Source of the DNA: Pseudobdellovibrionaceae bacterium | GTDB taxonomy: Bacteria > Bdellovibrionota > Bdellovibrionia > Bdellovibrionales > Bdellovibrionaceae | Length of the DNA: 50,401 nucleotides | Assembly (NCBI GenBank): GCA_044359815.1 | Contig: JBIKLL010000012.1 | Coordinates: forward strand, 1-50,401 | Direction: 5' to 3' | The notes under the pieces: generated by a model | Database searches by the model: none | The model's input: the letters and a program-made list of their open reading frames with translations, nothing else | What the model was told of the DNA's origin: nothing | Program-made: the position numbers and the translations under genes | Shown: positions 8,430 through 18,195 of the stretch, piece by piece | How the letters are laid out: every line of letters begins with the position of its first letter | Position numbering within the stretch: the first letter of the stretch is position 1

Positions 8430-9197
8430 TTAGAAGCAAAATTTATCTGTGAAGCTGGCAAAATCCGTGTCAGTCCAGCTTTGACCGATCAGCGATTTCA
8501 GTGGGTGCAACGCACTCAGAATGGCTGGTTTTTCGGCATGGAAAATATTTGGATTGGCATAAACAGGTGGTAGTAACAGATCCAATTCTTTGGCGACGGT
8601 CCCATCAGAAGGGTTTCTGAAAACCACTCTTAAAACTTTGTAGGTTCCAGTTTCGTCGGCTGTGTCTATCAACAAATAGGCACTGTTGAAAAACGTTTGT
8701 GGTGATGTCGAGTTCACGTTTCCGTAGACTCCGATTTGTTGCAGTTCTGTGAAATTTAAAACTTGATAACCATTAGATCCCTCATGAGTCTGTGGGATGA
8801 TTTTTTGAAACACATTGGTTGAAATCTTTTTTTCTGGATGCATAAATAATGGTGTTGAATCGATGCTGGTTGAGCCACTGGCACTGACGGCCCAGCGATA
8901 AACCTGCATATCCCAGCCAGCCGTTTGGTATTCAGCAGGAATTTTATTAAATCGCAAATGAACATAACGATAATTGGGATTGCCTGAGCTGTCTTTCAGA
9001 TTCATCAGTGACACTTGAAAATCAACCAAGCCTTTATTGTCTTGAGTGCATTGAGTGAGCGGCTTAGCCACAGTTTCTGATGACAGGTCAGTGTTTGATT
9101 CCTCAATTTTTGAATCTTTTGATTTTGAGCATCCAATGCCCAAGGTGCAGACCGTGATTGTTAACAGGAAAATTTTAATAAATGATTTTGTTTTCAT
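8430..9197 (-). CDS. Hypothetical lipoprotein
   Basis: MKTK...LGIGC lipobox; ATG 9197 preferred. Confidence 0.75.
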   Translation of the reverse strand: MKTKSFIKIFLLTITVCTLGIGCSKSKDSKIEESNTDLSSETVAKPLTQCTQDNKGLVDFQVSLMNLKDSSGNPNYRYVHLRFNKIPAEYQTAGWDMQVYRWAVSASGSTSIDSTPLFMHPEKKISTNVFQKIIPQTHEGSNGYQVLNFTELQQIGVYGNVNSTSPQTFFNSAYLLIDTADETGTYKVLRVVFRNPSDGTVAKELDLLLPPVYANPNIFHAEKPAILSALHPLKSLIGQSWTDTDFASFTDKFCF

Positions 9198-9439
9198 ACA
9201 AACTAGTAACAGCAAAGTGCAAGCCAATCCCAGTCTGAGACACTCTTAAAAATCTGTTAAGTTTCAAACACATAGATTGTCTCTAACTGACACATTTTTA
9301 TAGGGATGTACAAACAACGAACACCTGTAAAGTGGCGCCTGAACATAGGCATAAATAAGCGAAGACTTTTCAGGTACTTAGAAAGTCAGTTCGAGCTCAA
9401 AAAAACCTGAATCGGGGTATGAGTTTTGAATAGGAATAT

Positions 9440-11647
9440 GTGATGGAGGAAACTTTGGTGTTTTTTGCTGCCCTGATATTTTCATTAAACGCGTTTACGG
9501 CCGAGGTCTGCAACAACCCTTGCACAACCTTGGGACACGTCACGCTGACACCAAAGGGCGTGGCTCAGATCACAGAAGTTTCTTTAGCCGGAGAAATCTC
9601 AGCCATTGAAGAGGACACCAAACGCAGCCGTGATTTGCGAGCTCCCATCAAAGCCTGGGCTCCGACCGATGCTAAGGCCTGTTCTACTGACAAGCTCAAA
9701 GCAGGTTTGGAAATGGACACGACAAATGTGGATCAGGTTTCTGCTATTTTGAGATCCAGATCGGCGATGGATGCCAAAATCGATCAGTTCCAAGAGTCAG
9801 TAAATTGTTTTCCGTTTCCTGTCTTCAGGAAAGACCAAACCGGTAAGCTGTCGCACAAGCAAAATGATTTTGTGTCCACCAAGGGAACCCTAAATAATAC
9901 CCATGTGAACAGTATTGATTTGTCCTTTGAAACACACCCTCAATGTAAAGGACTGGATTGTTCACTGAAGATCAGAGTCGATAATTTGAGTGTGGACAGC
10001 GAATTGTCTGTGACTGATTTGCAAGACCGAAAACTGATCAGTGGCAGAAAATTTAATGTTAAAACCAGCAAGCCTGTGTTTTTAGATCTGCAATTAAGAC
10101 TGCAACCTAATGGTGAAATCGAGAAAATAGTCATACCCAAAGAAAGCACTCAGATATTGTTGGATCCATTGGCGCTCAGTGTGCAACTAGGTAATCAACC
10201 TTCATCTGAACAAATGCAAGTCGCTTGCAGAACGGCGATGAAGGGACAAAGCGTATCCTATGACGATGCTTTTATAGCCGTCATGCATGCTTATGCCAAT
10301 GACAACCCCAGATACCGAGCGCTATTGACTCAGGCTCATTCTTTAAAGGGCAAACAGCGTTCTGATAAAGTCAAAGAAGCCGTTGATGTGCACAATTCAA
10401 TCATGGCAAATATTGGAAGCAGCCGGGATCTGTCGCGACTTCAGCAAAGAGCCCAAAATTTTTCTGCATGCACTCAGGGTGGGCAGTGTCAGTTTGATTG
10501 CAAAAATAATTTAAATGTCCTTCGTGGTGTTTCCAGAATTGATGACAGACTTTTGGCAGAACGTGCAAAATTAGCAGCTGCTAATAACTCGGTTTCAGCT
10601 GAAAACGGAGCTGCCATGGTCGTAACCAATGACCTGATCAATTCTGCCATTAAATCAGACTTGGTGTCAGATATCGTGCGCAAAGAAGTCGAACGCAAAA
10701 AAGTGTTGTTAATGGATAAGGTTAAAGAGGTTGTTACCAGAATACCGCAATATCTAGATCGAGTGGTTTTGTTACCTACTTTGAATTCTGACCAAGACGA
10801 CGTTAGATTAAGAAATGCCTTGTTTAGACAACAGAAAGATTTGCAGTACTGTGTTGATTTTGCGGAAACCGAGGAAGCAAAACTGAACTGCCAAAGTTCA
10901 TTAAAACGAGTGAATAAAAAAATAGCCGAGATTCAAGCCAAGATTGACGAAACCTTTATCGATTTGGATTTAAGATACACTATGGATCTAGCAAATTCAA
11001 AAATGAGCACCATAAGGGGCCACGTATTTAATTTTGATGGTAGCTGCCAAAAGCCTGCTCAATTTGATAAAGGACTTGGGATTACTGACCCTGAAGTCAG
11101 TATGAGGACTGAGTTTACTTTGGACGGTTTGAATTTGTATTTCCAAAAGCTCTACACGAAATTCAAGCAGTGCACTGACGAAAAAGACACGTCCCCCGAT
11201 TGCAAAGAAAGCTATAAGGTGACTTTTGATTCTCCACCAACGGTGAAGCTGGTGAAAGACGCCAATGGCCAGCCCGAGTATTTGGTCACCGGAATTCCTC
11301 AAGTGGATAAATTAGGGGGAGTGAAAACTCAAATTCGTTTTAAGCCCGAAGCTTTTGATGGAGCTCTTAGATTAAAATCAGTGGATGTAAATGCAAATTC
11401 TGACAGTATTGTTCTGTTGATCGGTGACGCGGGCACAATAGTCGAAGATACGGTCAAAAAAATTGCAACGCCTTATTCGGACAAAGCCACTGCTTATGAT
11501 GGTGAAAAAAATAATTTACTGCCAATTCCCCATGCAAGTATTCACCGTCAGCCAATGATAAATCCTCAAAACGGAGATCTGATCATTGATTGGCAGATCA
11601 ATATTGGCAAGGTTCGAGAAGCCAGCAAAGCTCGAGGGAAAAAATGA
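9440..11647 (+). CDS. Large secreted Cys-rich protein, paralog A (BPI/LBP-like fold suspected)
   Basis: 735 aa ORF with a signal peptide and end-to-end similarity to the next ORF. GGAGG at 9445 suggests a start at 9455 or 9458. Confidence 0.8.
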   Translation: MMEETLVFFAALIFSLNAFTAEVCNNPCTTLGHVTLTPKGVAQITEVSLAGEISAIEEDTKRSRDLRAPIKAWAPTDAKACSTDKLKAGLEMDTTNVDQVSAILRSRSAMDAKIDQFQESVNCFPFPVFRKDQTGKLSHKQNDFVSTKGTLNNTHVNSIDLSFETHPQCKGLDCSLKIRVDNLSVDSELSVTDLQDRKLISGRKFNVKTSKPVFLDLQLRLQPNGEIEKIVIPKESTQILLDPLALSVQLGNQPSSEQMQVACRTAMKGQSVSYDDAFIAVMHAYANDNPRYRALLTQAHSLKGKQRSDKVKEAVDVHNSIMANIGSSRDLSRLQQRAQNFSACTQGGQCQFDCKNNLNVLRGVSRIDDRLLAERAKLAAANNSVSAENGAAMVVTNDLINSAIKSDLVSDIVRKEVERKKVLLMDKVKEVVTRIPQYLDRVVLLPTLNSDQDDVRLRNALFRQQKDLQYCVDFAETEEAKLNCQSSLKRVNKKIAEIQAKIDETFIDLDLRYTMDLANSKMSTIRGHVFNFDGSCQKPAQFDKGLGITDPEVSMRTEFTLDGLNLYFQKLYTKFKQCTDEKDTSPDCKESYKVTFDSPPTVKLVKDANGQPEYLVTGIPQVDKLGGVKTQIRFKPEAFDGALRLKSVDVNANSDSIVLLIGDAGTIVEDTVKKIATPYSDKATAYDGEKNNLLPIPHASIHRQPMINPQNGDLIIDWQINIGKVREASKARGKK

Positions 11648-13497
11648 AGATTTTAATTTTTGCCCTTATCCATTTTTTAATTTTGAATGCTGGAGCTTCT
11701 GACAGAAGCTGCAAAACCTGTTTGAATTTTGGCCAAGTCACAATGACTCAAAAAGGTGTGGCGGATCTGGCTGCAGTGATTTTAAATTCTGAAATGCCTG
11801 GATTGCTACAGGATATAAAAACCGAAAGACTGGATCACAATAAAAAAGGCTTTCAGCTGACACCCCAGAATGTTCACAATTGTTCACCCGACAGTCTTAA
11901 AAATGGATTTAATACCGATGCAACGAAACTGAATCCTCATGCCAGCCACATAATCAATGACGCTCATGCGGGAATTTTTAAATCCATCGGTTGTTTTCCG
12001 ATTCTGGTAGCTGATGAAAAAGGAAATCGTTCATGGCGTGGAACCAAGATGAATTTCAAGAATTTCTGGATCAAAGATTTAGATGTTAAAATTCAAGGTC
12101 CACCCAGATGTGAAAATCTGGTTTGTGAACTGGATGTGAATGTTAATAATTTTTCTGTCACTGGTAATGCCTCTGTAAAAACAATTGAAAAAGTTCCTTT
12201 TGATGCAAAGACTAAAAAGTTCACCAGTGAAGACAAGACTCTATTTGAACACTTAGGCATTGTTGCAAAATACAATGAATCCATCAAAATGAAACTGAAA
12301 ATCAAATTAAATCCGGATGGCAGCATTGCCAATTTAATGGTTCCTGCAAAAGATTCGCAGATGAAGTTGGATTCTTCAAAGTTTTCTTTGGGCTTTGATA
12401 AATCCAATCTGACCTTGAGAGAAAAACAAAATGCACAGGGCATAGAGCAGTTTGGCAATGCATTGTTTCAAGGTGGGTTGATCCGAGATGTGTTAGCCAA
12501 GGAAATTGAAGAAAAACGACAAACCATCATTGCCAAACTGTCTGAGCAGCTGAAGCATATACCAGAGGCCGTGAATCAAGCATTTAGAATACCTAGTTTC
12601 TTTAGCTCAGATTCAAAAGATATTAGGGCCCGCAATAGCCTAAAGGACATGGTCGAGGAAATAGAAGCTCAGTTAAATGATGACAACCTGCCAGAAACTG
12701 GTAATGCATCCACAAAAGCCATTGAAGCTTGTTTAAAACTGGCGAATCCTTCGGTTGATATTTGTCAGTCTGACAGAGCCAGCTTAATTGATATCAAAAC
12801 TCGAAAGCTTGCTGAGATTAAGGCTTTGGAAGACAGAATTTCAAAAACTTGGGTTGATAAAAAATTAAATGTCGCTGTCCAAAGAGTGGGTGAATTGAAC
12901 GGCACAGGTTCACAGATCGTGGCTCAAGCCATTGAGGAAGATCCAGATTGTTTGAATTATCCAATGTTTAATTCTGAAATCAATAAATCAAATCCCAATG
13001 TGGATGTTCGTGCGGAAATAACGCTGGCTTCGATAAATCATTATTTCCGTGAAGTTCATAAAATTAATAAAGAATGCCAAAACGGTATTCCTAAGGGATG
13101 TGATAGTGCAGCGGCTATTGAGGGTTATCCAGTGAAGCTTCCTATTGAGATGACTTACAATCCAGAAACTCGAAAATACATTGTGACTGCTGTCATCACC
13201 GATTCGGGTGCTGATTTCACTGCTAAAATGGAAGTTAAGCCGAAATTTTGTGATGGCAGACAAAGAAGCTCTAGACTGTGTTTGGACGTTAGTAATTACA
13301 CTGCTGTACCTATAAACCCCATGGGTTATGTGGGATCTCTGGTTAAAAATGTTCCTCAAATAATCCAAGAAAAGCTGGCTCCGATTTTACCGTTGGACAA
13401 TAAATCAGGAATCACAATTCCGCACCTGCGGCCGTTAAAAATTCAATCTGATCCTATCAATGGCAATCTGATAATTGACGCTGACATCAGGCCTTGA
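11644..13497 (+). CDS. Large secreted Cys-rich protein, paralog B (BPI/LBP-like fold suspected)
   Basis: ATG 11644 overlaps the upstream stop (ATGA); signal peptide MKILIFALIHFLILNAGA. Confidence 0.8.
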   Translation: MKILIFALIHFLILNAGASDRSCKTCLNFGQVTMTQKGVADLAAVILNSEMPGLLQDIKTERLDHNKKGFQLTPQNVHNCSPDSLKNGFNTDATKLNPHASHIINDAHAGIFKSIGCFPILVADEKGNRSWRGTKMNFKNFWIKDLDVKIQGPPRCENLVCELDVNVNNFSVTGNASVKTIEKVPFDAKTKKFTSEDKTLFEHLGIVAKYNESIKMKLKIKLNPDGSIANLMVPAKDSQMKLDSSKFSLGFDKSNLTLREKQNAQGIEQFGNALFQGGLIRDVLAKEIEEKRQTIIAKLSEQLKHIPEAVNQAFRIPSFFSSDSKDIRARNSLKDMVEEIEAQLNDDNLPETGNASTKAIEACLKLANPSVDICQSDRASLIDIKTRKLAEIKALEDRISKTWVDKKLNVAVQRVGELNGTGSQIVAQAIEEDPDCLNYPMFNSEINKSNPNVDVRAEITLASINHYFREVHKINKECQNGIPKGCDSAAAIEGYPVKLPIEMTYNPETRKYIVTAVITDSGADFTAKMEVKPKFCDGRQRSSRLCLDVSNYTAVPINPMGYVGSLVKNVPQIIQEKLAPILPLDNKSGITIPHLRPLKIQSDPINGNLIIDADIRP

Positions 13498-13516
13498 AAT
13501 CTAACTGCAGTTTTAA

Positions 13517-15877
13517 TTATTCGTCAGCCAGTTCAACCCAGGTGATGCCATCGCCGCCAGAATCAGACGTTCCAGCTTTCCATTTCTTAACATAAACACT
13601 TCTGGATAAATAAGTCCTAACGCCTTTTTTTAACGCCTCAGTTCCGTGGCCATGAATGATTTTGATCCGGTCTTCTTTGTTCAGCACTGCTTGATCTAAT
13701 TCGACTTCTAAATCTTGAATGGCGTCTTCAACAGTTTTACCTCTGAAATCTAATACTCTTTCAGAATCATTTAACGATACTGTCACATTGCCAGATCTGC
13801 GGATGTTTTCGGCGTTTTGGTTTACGGGTTTGGCTGCTGGCTTTAAATCTGTCCAATGAATCGAAAGCCTCATTGAATTGGATAATACATAGACCTCGCC
13901 CCTGTTGTTGGGCTCGCTCTGAATGACTCCATCCTGTCCCAGGCTGATAATAAAGGCCTTGGTGCCACTGGGGTAGGCTTTCGAAAATTCCTCAGCAGAG
14001 CCCACTGTGTTTGATTCTGCTCCGACTTTGGCTTTCACAATCTGAGGTAACTGCATTTTGATATCATGCAGGCCTTGATATTTTTTAAATGTCTGTTCAG
14101 CCTTTACATGACTGATCATTTCGTCAATTTTGTCTCGGTATTCTGTGACGACTTTTTCGACCTGTTTGTCTTTTTCTTTCTGCAATTGCGACAGCAGGGA
14201 TTCGTATTTGTCCTTTTCGCTAGTGGCTTTTTTGATTTCCTTGTTCAACTGGGCGCGCAGTCCCTGAATGTCTGATTTTAACTGATCAATTTCTTCTAGC
14301 TGCGACAGTCTTTTGCGGTTTTCGGGGGACAGGTATGAAGCGGCTCGATCAATAATTTTTAAATCTATTCCCACACGTTTGGCTGTCATCAAAGCCAAAG
14401 ATTCACCGGCAATGCCCGGTAAGAAATTATAGGTCGGTCGTCCCAGTTTATTATCAAACTCCATGGAGCCATTCAGTATGGGCTGTTCAGGCTTCCAGCC
14501 TGTTTTTAATTGCGACAGATGGGATGTGATCACTGCAAAAACTTTTGAGGCCGCAAACTCTTCAATAAAACTTCTGGCAAGGGCGCTGCCTTCTTCGGGA
14601 TCGGTGGAACCGCAGATTTCATCAATCAATATCAAATTTTTAAAACCCTTTAGTTTGGCTGATTCTTGCAGGATCTTTAAATGAGCAGCAAAGGTTGACA
14701 GATTTTCCTCAACATTTTGCGAATCACCAATGCCGATTTTGATATTATCAAAAAACGGAAGCAGAGAATTTTCGGCAGCACAAATCGGAATCCCATGTTG
14801 TGAAAGCTTGGCGCTGATACCAATGGATTTTAGCAAAACGGTTTTTCCACCCGCATTGGGGCCTGACAGTAACAAAATGCTTTTATCAGTTTTCAAATGA
14901 ACATTGTTGGGAATAACTTCTTTTTTGGTGGTCAACAGCAAAGGGTGTTTCAGTTCAGAGAGTAAAATTTCGTTTTCGGAAAATTGAAAAGGCTTTGCAT
15001 CAACCCGAATCACCCATTGGGCAATGGCGATGATTAAATCAGCTTCTTCCAAAATCAGCTTGGCTTGAAAAAAATCATCAATCTTGGTGGCTAAATACAC
15101 TGATAGCTCAGTCAGAAGCCTTTCGATTTCGTCTTCAATTTCGACTTCGATTTGGCGCAGACGATTATTTAGTGGCACCAATGCCTCAGGTTCCATATAC
15201 ACGGTTTGTTTAGTTTGACTGCTGCCATGGATGACCCCGGGCAAGTGGTGTTGCATGCCGCTTCGGATCGGCAGCACCCAGCGGCCTTCACGAGTGGTGG
15301 AATATTTGTCCTGTAAAAAACTAGTCATCTGATGGTCGTGAACCAATCTGTCCATAGTGGTTTGCACAGTTTTACTTAAAGACTCTTTTTCGCGGAACAG
15401 TCGAAACAAAGTTTCGCTGGCATCTGATCGGATTTCACCTCTGGGGGTGATGATTTGGTCAATGGCTGATAGGGGTTCAGAAGATTTAAACAGCTTTGAT
15501 CGCAATGATCGGCCCCAGTGTGTTGCAGTTTCTTGCAACACCTGATCCAAAGAAATGATTTCAAGACAAAATTGTCTGATGTCCTTAAGCTCGATGGTTT
15601 TTAATACGGCCTTTTTTTTAATTCGGGCATACCAGGGTTCAAACAAATCCAAGCTTTCCATAAAAGGCCTAAACCCAGCTTTCACAACTGTGGCAGCATC
15701 CAAGATATGACTTTGCATTTTAAGTGCTTCATCGGGTGTTTTAAATTTCTGCAAATCTTGGATTTGTATTCGCGTGCTGCTGGCTGTGGCGTTTGCTTGA
15801 AACTGCTTTACGATTTCAAACCAATCCAACTGGTGGGATTCTCGGCTTTGATAAAATGGGCTTTCGATATTTTGCAT
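13517..15877 (-). CDS. mutS2: MutS2 endonuclease with C-terminal Smr domain
   Basis: SGPNAGGKT Walker A, LIDEICGSTDPEEG, Smr motif IIHGHGT. Confidence 0.95.
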   Translation of the reverse strand: MQNIESPFYQSRESHQLDWFEIVKQFQANATASSTRIQIQDLQKFKTPDEALKMQSHILDAATVVKAGFRPFMESLDLFEPWYARIKKKAVLKTIELKDIRQFCLEIISLDQVLQETATHWGRSLRSKLFKSSEPLSAIDQIITPRGEIRSDASETLFRLFREKESLSKTVQTTMDRLVHDHQMTSFLQDKYSTTREGRWVLPIRSGMQHHLPGVIHGSSQTKQTVYMEPEALVPLNNRLRQIEVEIEDEIERLLTELSVYLATKIDDFFQAKLILEEADLIIAIAQWVIRVDAKPFQFSENEILLSELKHPLLLTTKKEVIPNNVHLKTDKSILLLSGPNAGGKTVLLKSIGISAKLSQHGIPICAAENSLLPFFDNIKIGIGDSQNVEENLSTFAAHLKILQESAKLKGFKNLILIDEICGSTDPEEGSALARSFIEEFAASKVFAVITSHLSQLKTGWKPEQPILNGSMEFDNKLGRPTYNFLPGIAGESLALMTAKRVGIDLKIIDRAASYLSPENRKRLSQLEEIDQLKSDIQGLRAQLNKEIKKATSEKDKYESLLSQLQKEKDKQVEKVVTEYRDKIDEMISHVKAEQTFKKYQGLHDIKMQLPQIVKAKVGAESNTVGSAEEFSKAYPSGTKAFIISLGQDGVIQSEPNNRGEVYVLSNSMRLSIHWTDLKPAAKPVNQNAENIRRSGNVTVSLNDSERVLDFRGKTVEDAIQDLEVELDQAVLNKEDRIKIIHGHGTEALKKGVRTYLSRSVYVKKWKAGTSDSGGDGITWVELADE

Positions 15878-15960
15878 TTTGTTGTTTCCTAGGTCGCGTT
15901 TTTTTTAATCTTGGTTTGGGTAAATCAGAACAAGCCCTAACCGAAATTAAAAATTATTTT

Positions 15961-17598
15961 TTAATTCTTGGTTCTAGTTTTTGGTTCCAATTTTACCGCC
16001 GTAAAGTTTGAAAACATAGCCACAGCAAACAGAATGGTCAACAAAGGCATCAGCCACATCCATTTGCCGTACAGAGTAAAAAATGTTGTCGGGGGATCTT
16101 TGCGGTATTGAATTTCAAAATTTCCAAACCAGGGTTGGTAAATGGGGCTCATTTGCAAAACTTCGCCGCTGGCTTGCACAGCAGTGGTGATCCCTGTGTT
16201 GGTGACCCTGACCAGGGGACGGCGGTTTTCAATGGCGCGGCTGAGGGTCATATACATGTGTTGGTAAGGTTCGCTGGTGGGTCCAAACCAAGAATCATTT
16301 GTGACGTTGACCATTAATTGCGCGCCCTCAAAAGTGAGCTTGTTTGAAAACTCTGGGTAAAGGCCTTCATAGCAAATTTGTGGACCGATTTTTAAACCGT
16401 TAAAATCAAAAACCATAGGCCCTGTGCCTCGGCCAAAACCAGAACCTGCCGGATTGATTTTTGCCAGCCATTCATAGTCCTGCGCAAAGGGCATGTATTC
16501 GCCAAAAATCAACAAATGGGTTTTGTGATAGGGTTCAGAAATTAAATTTCCATTGGAGTCCATCAAAAACATACCATTGTATTCATATCTTTTTTTAGGC
16601 GATGGAGGATCCTTGGAGTAACCGCCGGTCAAAAGTGGTTTTTGCACTGAAGCCAAAAATTGCTTTAATGCTACAACATGATTTTTTGAATGATTGTATG
16701 AATCCAAAATATCAGGAAAGGCAGTTTCAGGCCAAATAATCAGTTCAGCATTTGGGTGGGCTTCCAGCCCCTTTTTAGTCAGTTCAAAGTACTGCTCTAT
16801 AATTGACTGTTGATAACCAAGGCCTTTTTCAGCGTAGACTTTTTCAAGGTTTCCGATATTGGCTTGAACTGCCAAAATATTTATTTTGCCGTCGTTTTCC
16901 AGCCACGGGTTTTTGCGCTCTTGCCCCAAATACCAAGCCACTGAAAGCGCAATGACAATCGATACAACACCCAGGCCTTTTTTAACCTTGGAGTTACTTT
17001 GCAATGCCATGGCCAATAACGCGTTAGTGAGCAAAACCAAAAAGCTAATTCCGTACATTCCAAAAACATCGGCCCATTGCGCAAAATTAGAATTTGAGCC
17101 CATTAATGGGTAGGCAAAATTCCATGGAAAGATTGAAGGCCACAGGTATTCCAGCAACGCCAGAGTCCCTGCACAGGTTAAAAAAAAGCCTGTGTTATTT
17201 AAATTAAATTTCTGTTTGAGCCATACGCTGATTGCCGAGGCCAATCCCAGATAAATATGCATAAAACCGGCAAAGGCCAACAGCACCAATAATCCCACGC
17301 TCCAATGCATAAAACCAAAGACTACAGTGACATAGGCAATCCAATAAAATCCAATCAGGGTCAAAAAAAACTGAGTCCACCATCCAGACCAAAAAGCTTG
17401 TTTGATCGAGGTTGTTTTGGAAAGTGAAATCCACAAAGGTATCAAGCAAAAGCTTAAGGCCCAGGGGGGCAAAGGAATCCAAGATGTTCCGATTAATATT
17501 CCCGACAGAATGGCAAGGCGATTTGATAAAAAACTGTCAAAAATTTTAGTTAAAAATCTGTCTCTGATTTTCTTGCAAATTAAAAAAAACCATTTCAT
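15961..17598 (-). CDS. lnt: Apolipoprotein N-acyltransferase
   Basis: Multiple TM helices; WPETA, YHKTHLLIFGEY, QICYE, NVTNDSWFG and RAIEN motifs. Confidence 0.95.
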   Translation of the reverse strand: MKWFFLICKKIRDRFLTKIFDSFLSNRLAILSGILIGTSWIPLPPWALSFCLIPLWISLSKTTSIKQAFWSGWWTQFFLTLIGFYWIAYVTVVFGFMHWSVGLLVLLAFAGFMHIYLGLASAISVWLKQKFNLNNTGFFLTCAGTLALLEYLWPSIFPWNFAYPLMGSNSNFAQWADVFGMYGISFLVLLTNALLAMALQSNSKVKKGLGVVSIVIALSVAWYLGQERKNPWLENDGKINILAVQANIGNLEKVYAEKGLGYQQSIIEQYFELTKKGLEAHPNAELIIWPETAFPDILDSYNHSKNHVVALKQFLASVQKPLLTGGYSKDPPSPKKRYEYNGMFLMDSNGNLISEPYHKTHLLIFGEYMPFAQDYEWLAKINPAGSGFGRGTGPMVFDFNGLKIGPQICYEGLYPEFSNKLTFEGAQLMVNVTNDSWFGPTSEPYQHMYMTLSRAIENRRPLVRVTNTGITTAVQASGEVLQMSPIYQPWFGNFEIQYRKDPPTTFFTLYGKWMWLMPLLTILFAVAMFSNFTAVKLEPKTRTKN

Positions 17599-17610
17599 GA
17601 TCTTTATTGT

Positions 17611-18195
17611 ATGCAAGAGAGCTCAAATTTGTCCTTGGAAAAAGATGACGCAGAAAACCTCAGTTTTGTTGAGTTTTCCTGTCCCCAATGTTTCAAGATC
17701 CAAAAGGCCGCGACTATTGAGCTTAAGACTCCTCAAAATTTTTTCAGATGCCTTAGATGCAAGACTTTGTTTTGTTTTGAGTGGCCTGCTACATCGGCCA
17801 AGGGCATTCAGACCCTGATTGTTCCCGAAGAATCTACGAAAATTGTCGGTATGCTTAAGGGTATTTCAAAATTAGCCCAAAAATTGGATTTCACTTCTCA
17901 GGGTGAAATGTTGGACAGTTTGCCCATTGCGCTGCGAAGATCTGCTAAAATCGCGAAAATTGAAAATAAAAAAATCAGCTTTTTGGATCACTGGCTTTAT
18001 TACCGATGGAAAAACAAAGAACGGCTTAATAAATTTTACGGACTACCTTGGACACAGTATTTGGATGTGGGGCTGTGGGTTGTGCCGGCTGCGTTTATTT
18101 TGGTTGGTATCGTGATGGTCTCGCACAGAAACTTTATCGGTATTGGTCTGTCGTTGATTGCGCTCAGAATCGGTCTGACTATTTTGATCCGTTAG
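17611..18195 (+). CDS. Zinc-ribbon protein with C-terminal TM helices
   Basis: CPQC...FRCLRC, and two hydrophobic helices at the C-terminus. Confidence 0.65.
   Translation: MQESSNLSLEKDDAENLSFVEFSCPQCFKIQKAATIELKTPQNFFRCLRCKTLFCFEWPATSAKGIQTLIVPEESTKIVGMLKGISKLAQKLDFTSQGEMLDSLPIALRRSAKIAKIENKKISFLDHWLYYRWKNKERLNKFYGLPWTQYLDVGLWVVPAAFILVGIVMVSHRNFIGIGLSLIALRIGLTILIR

Noticed and set aside
11590..11643. N-terminal extension of paralog B in the ORF track
   Set aside because: ATG 11644 gives a clean signal peptide and ATGA coupling; the extension lies inside paralog A.
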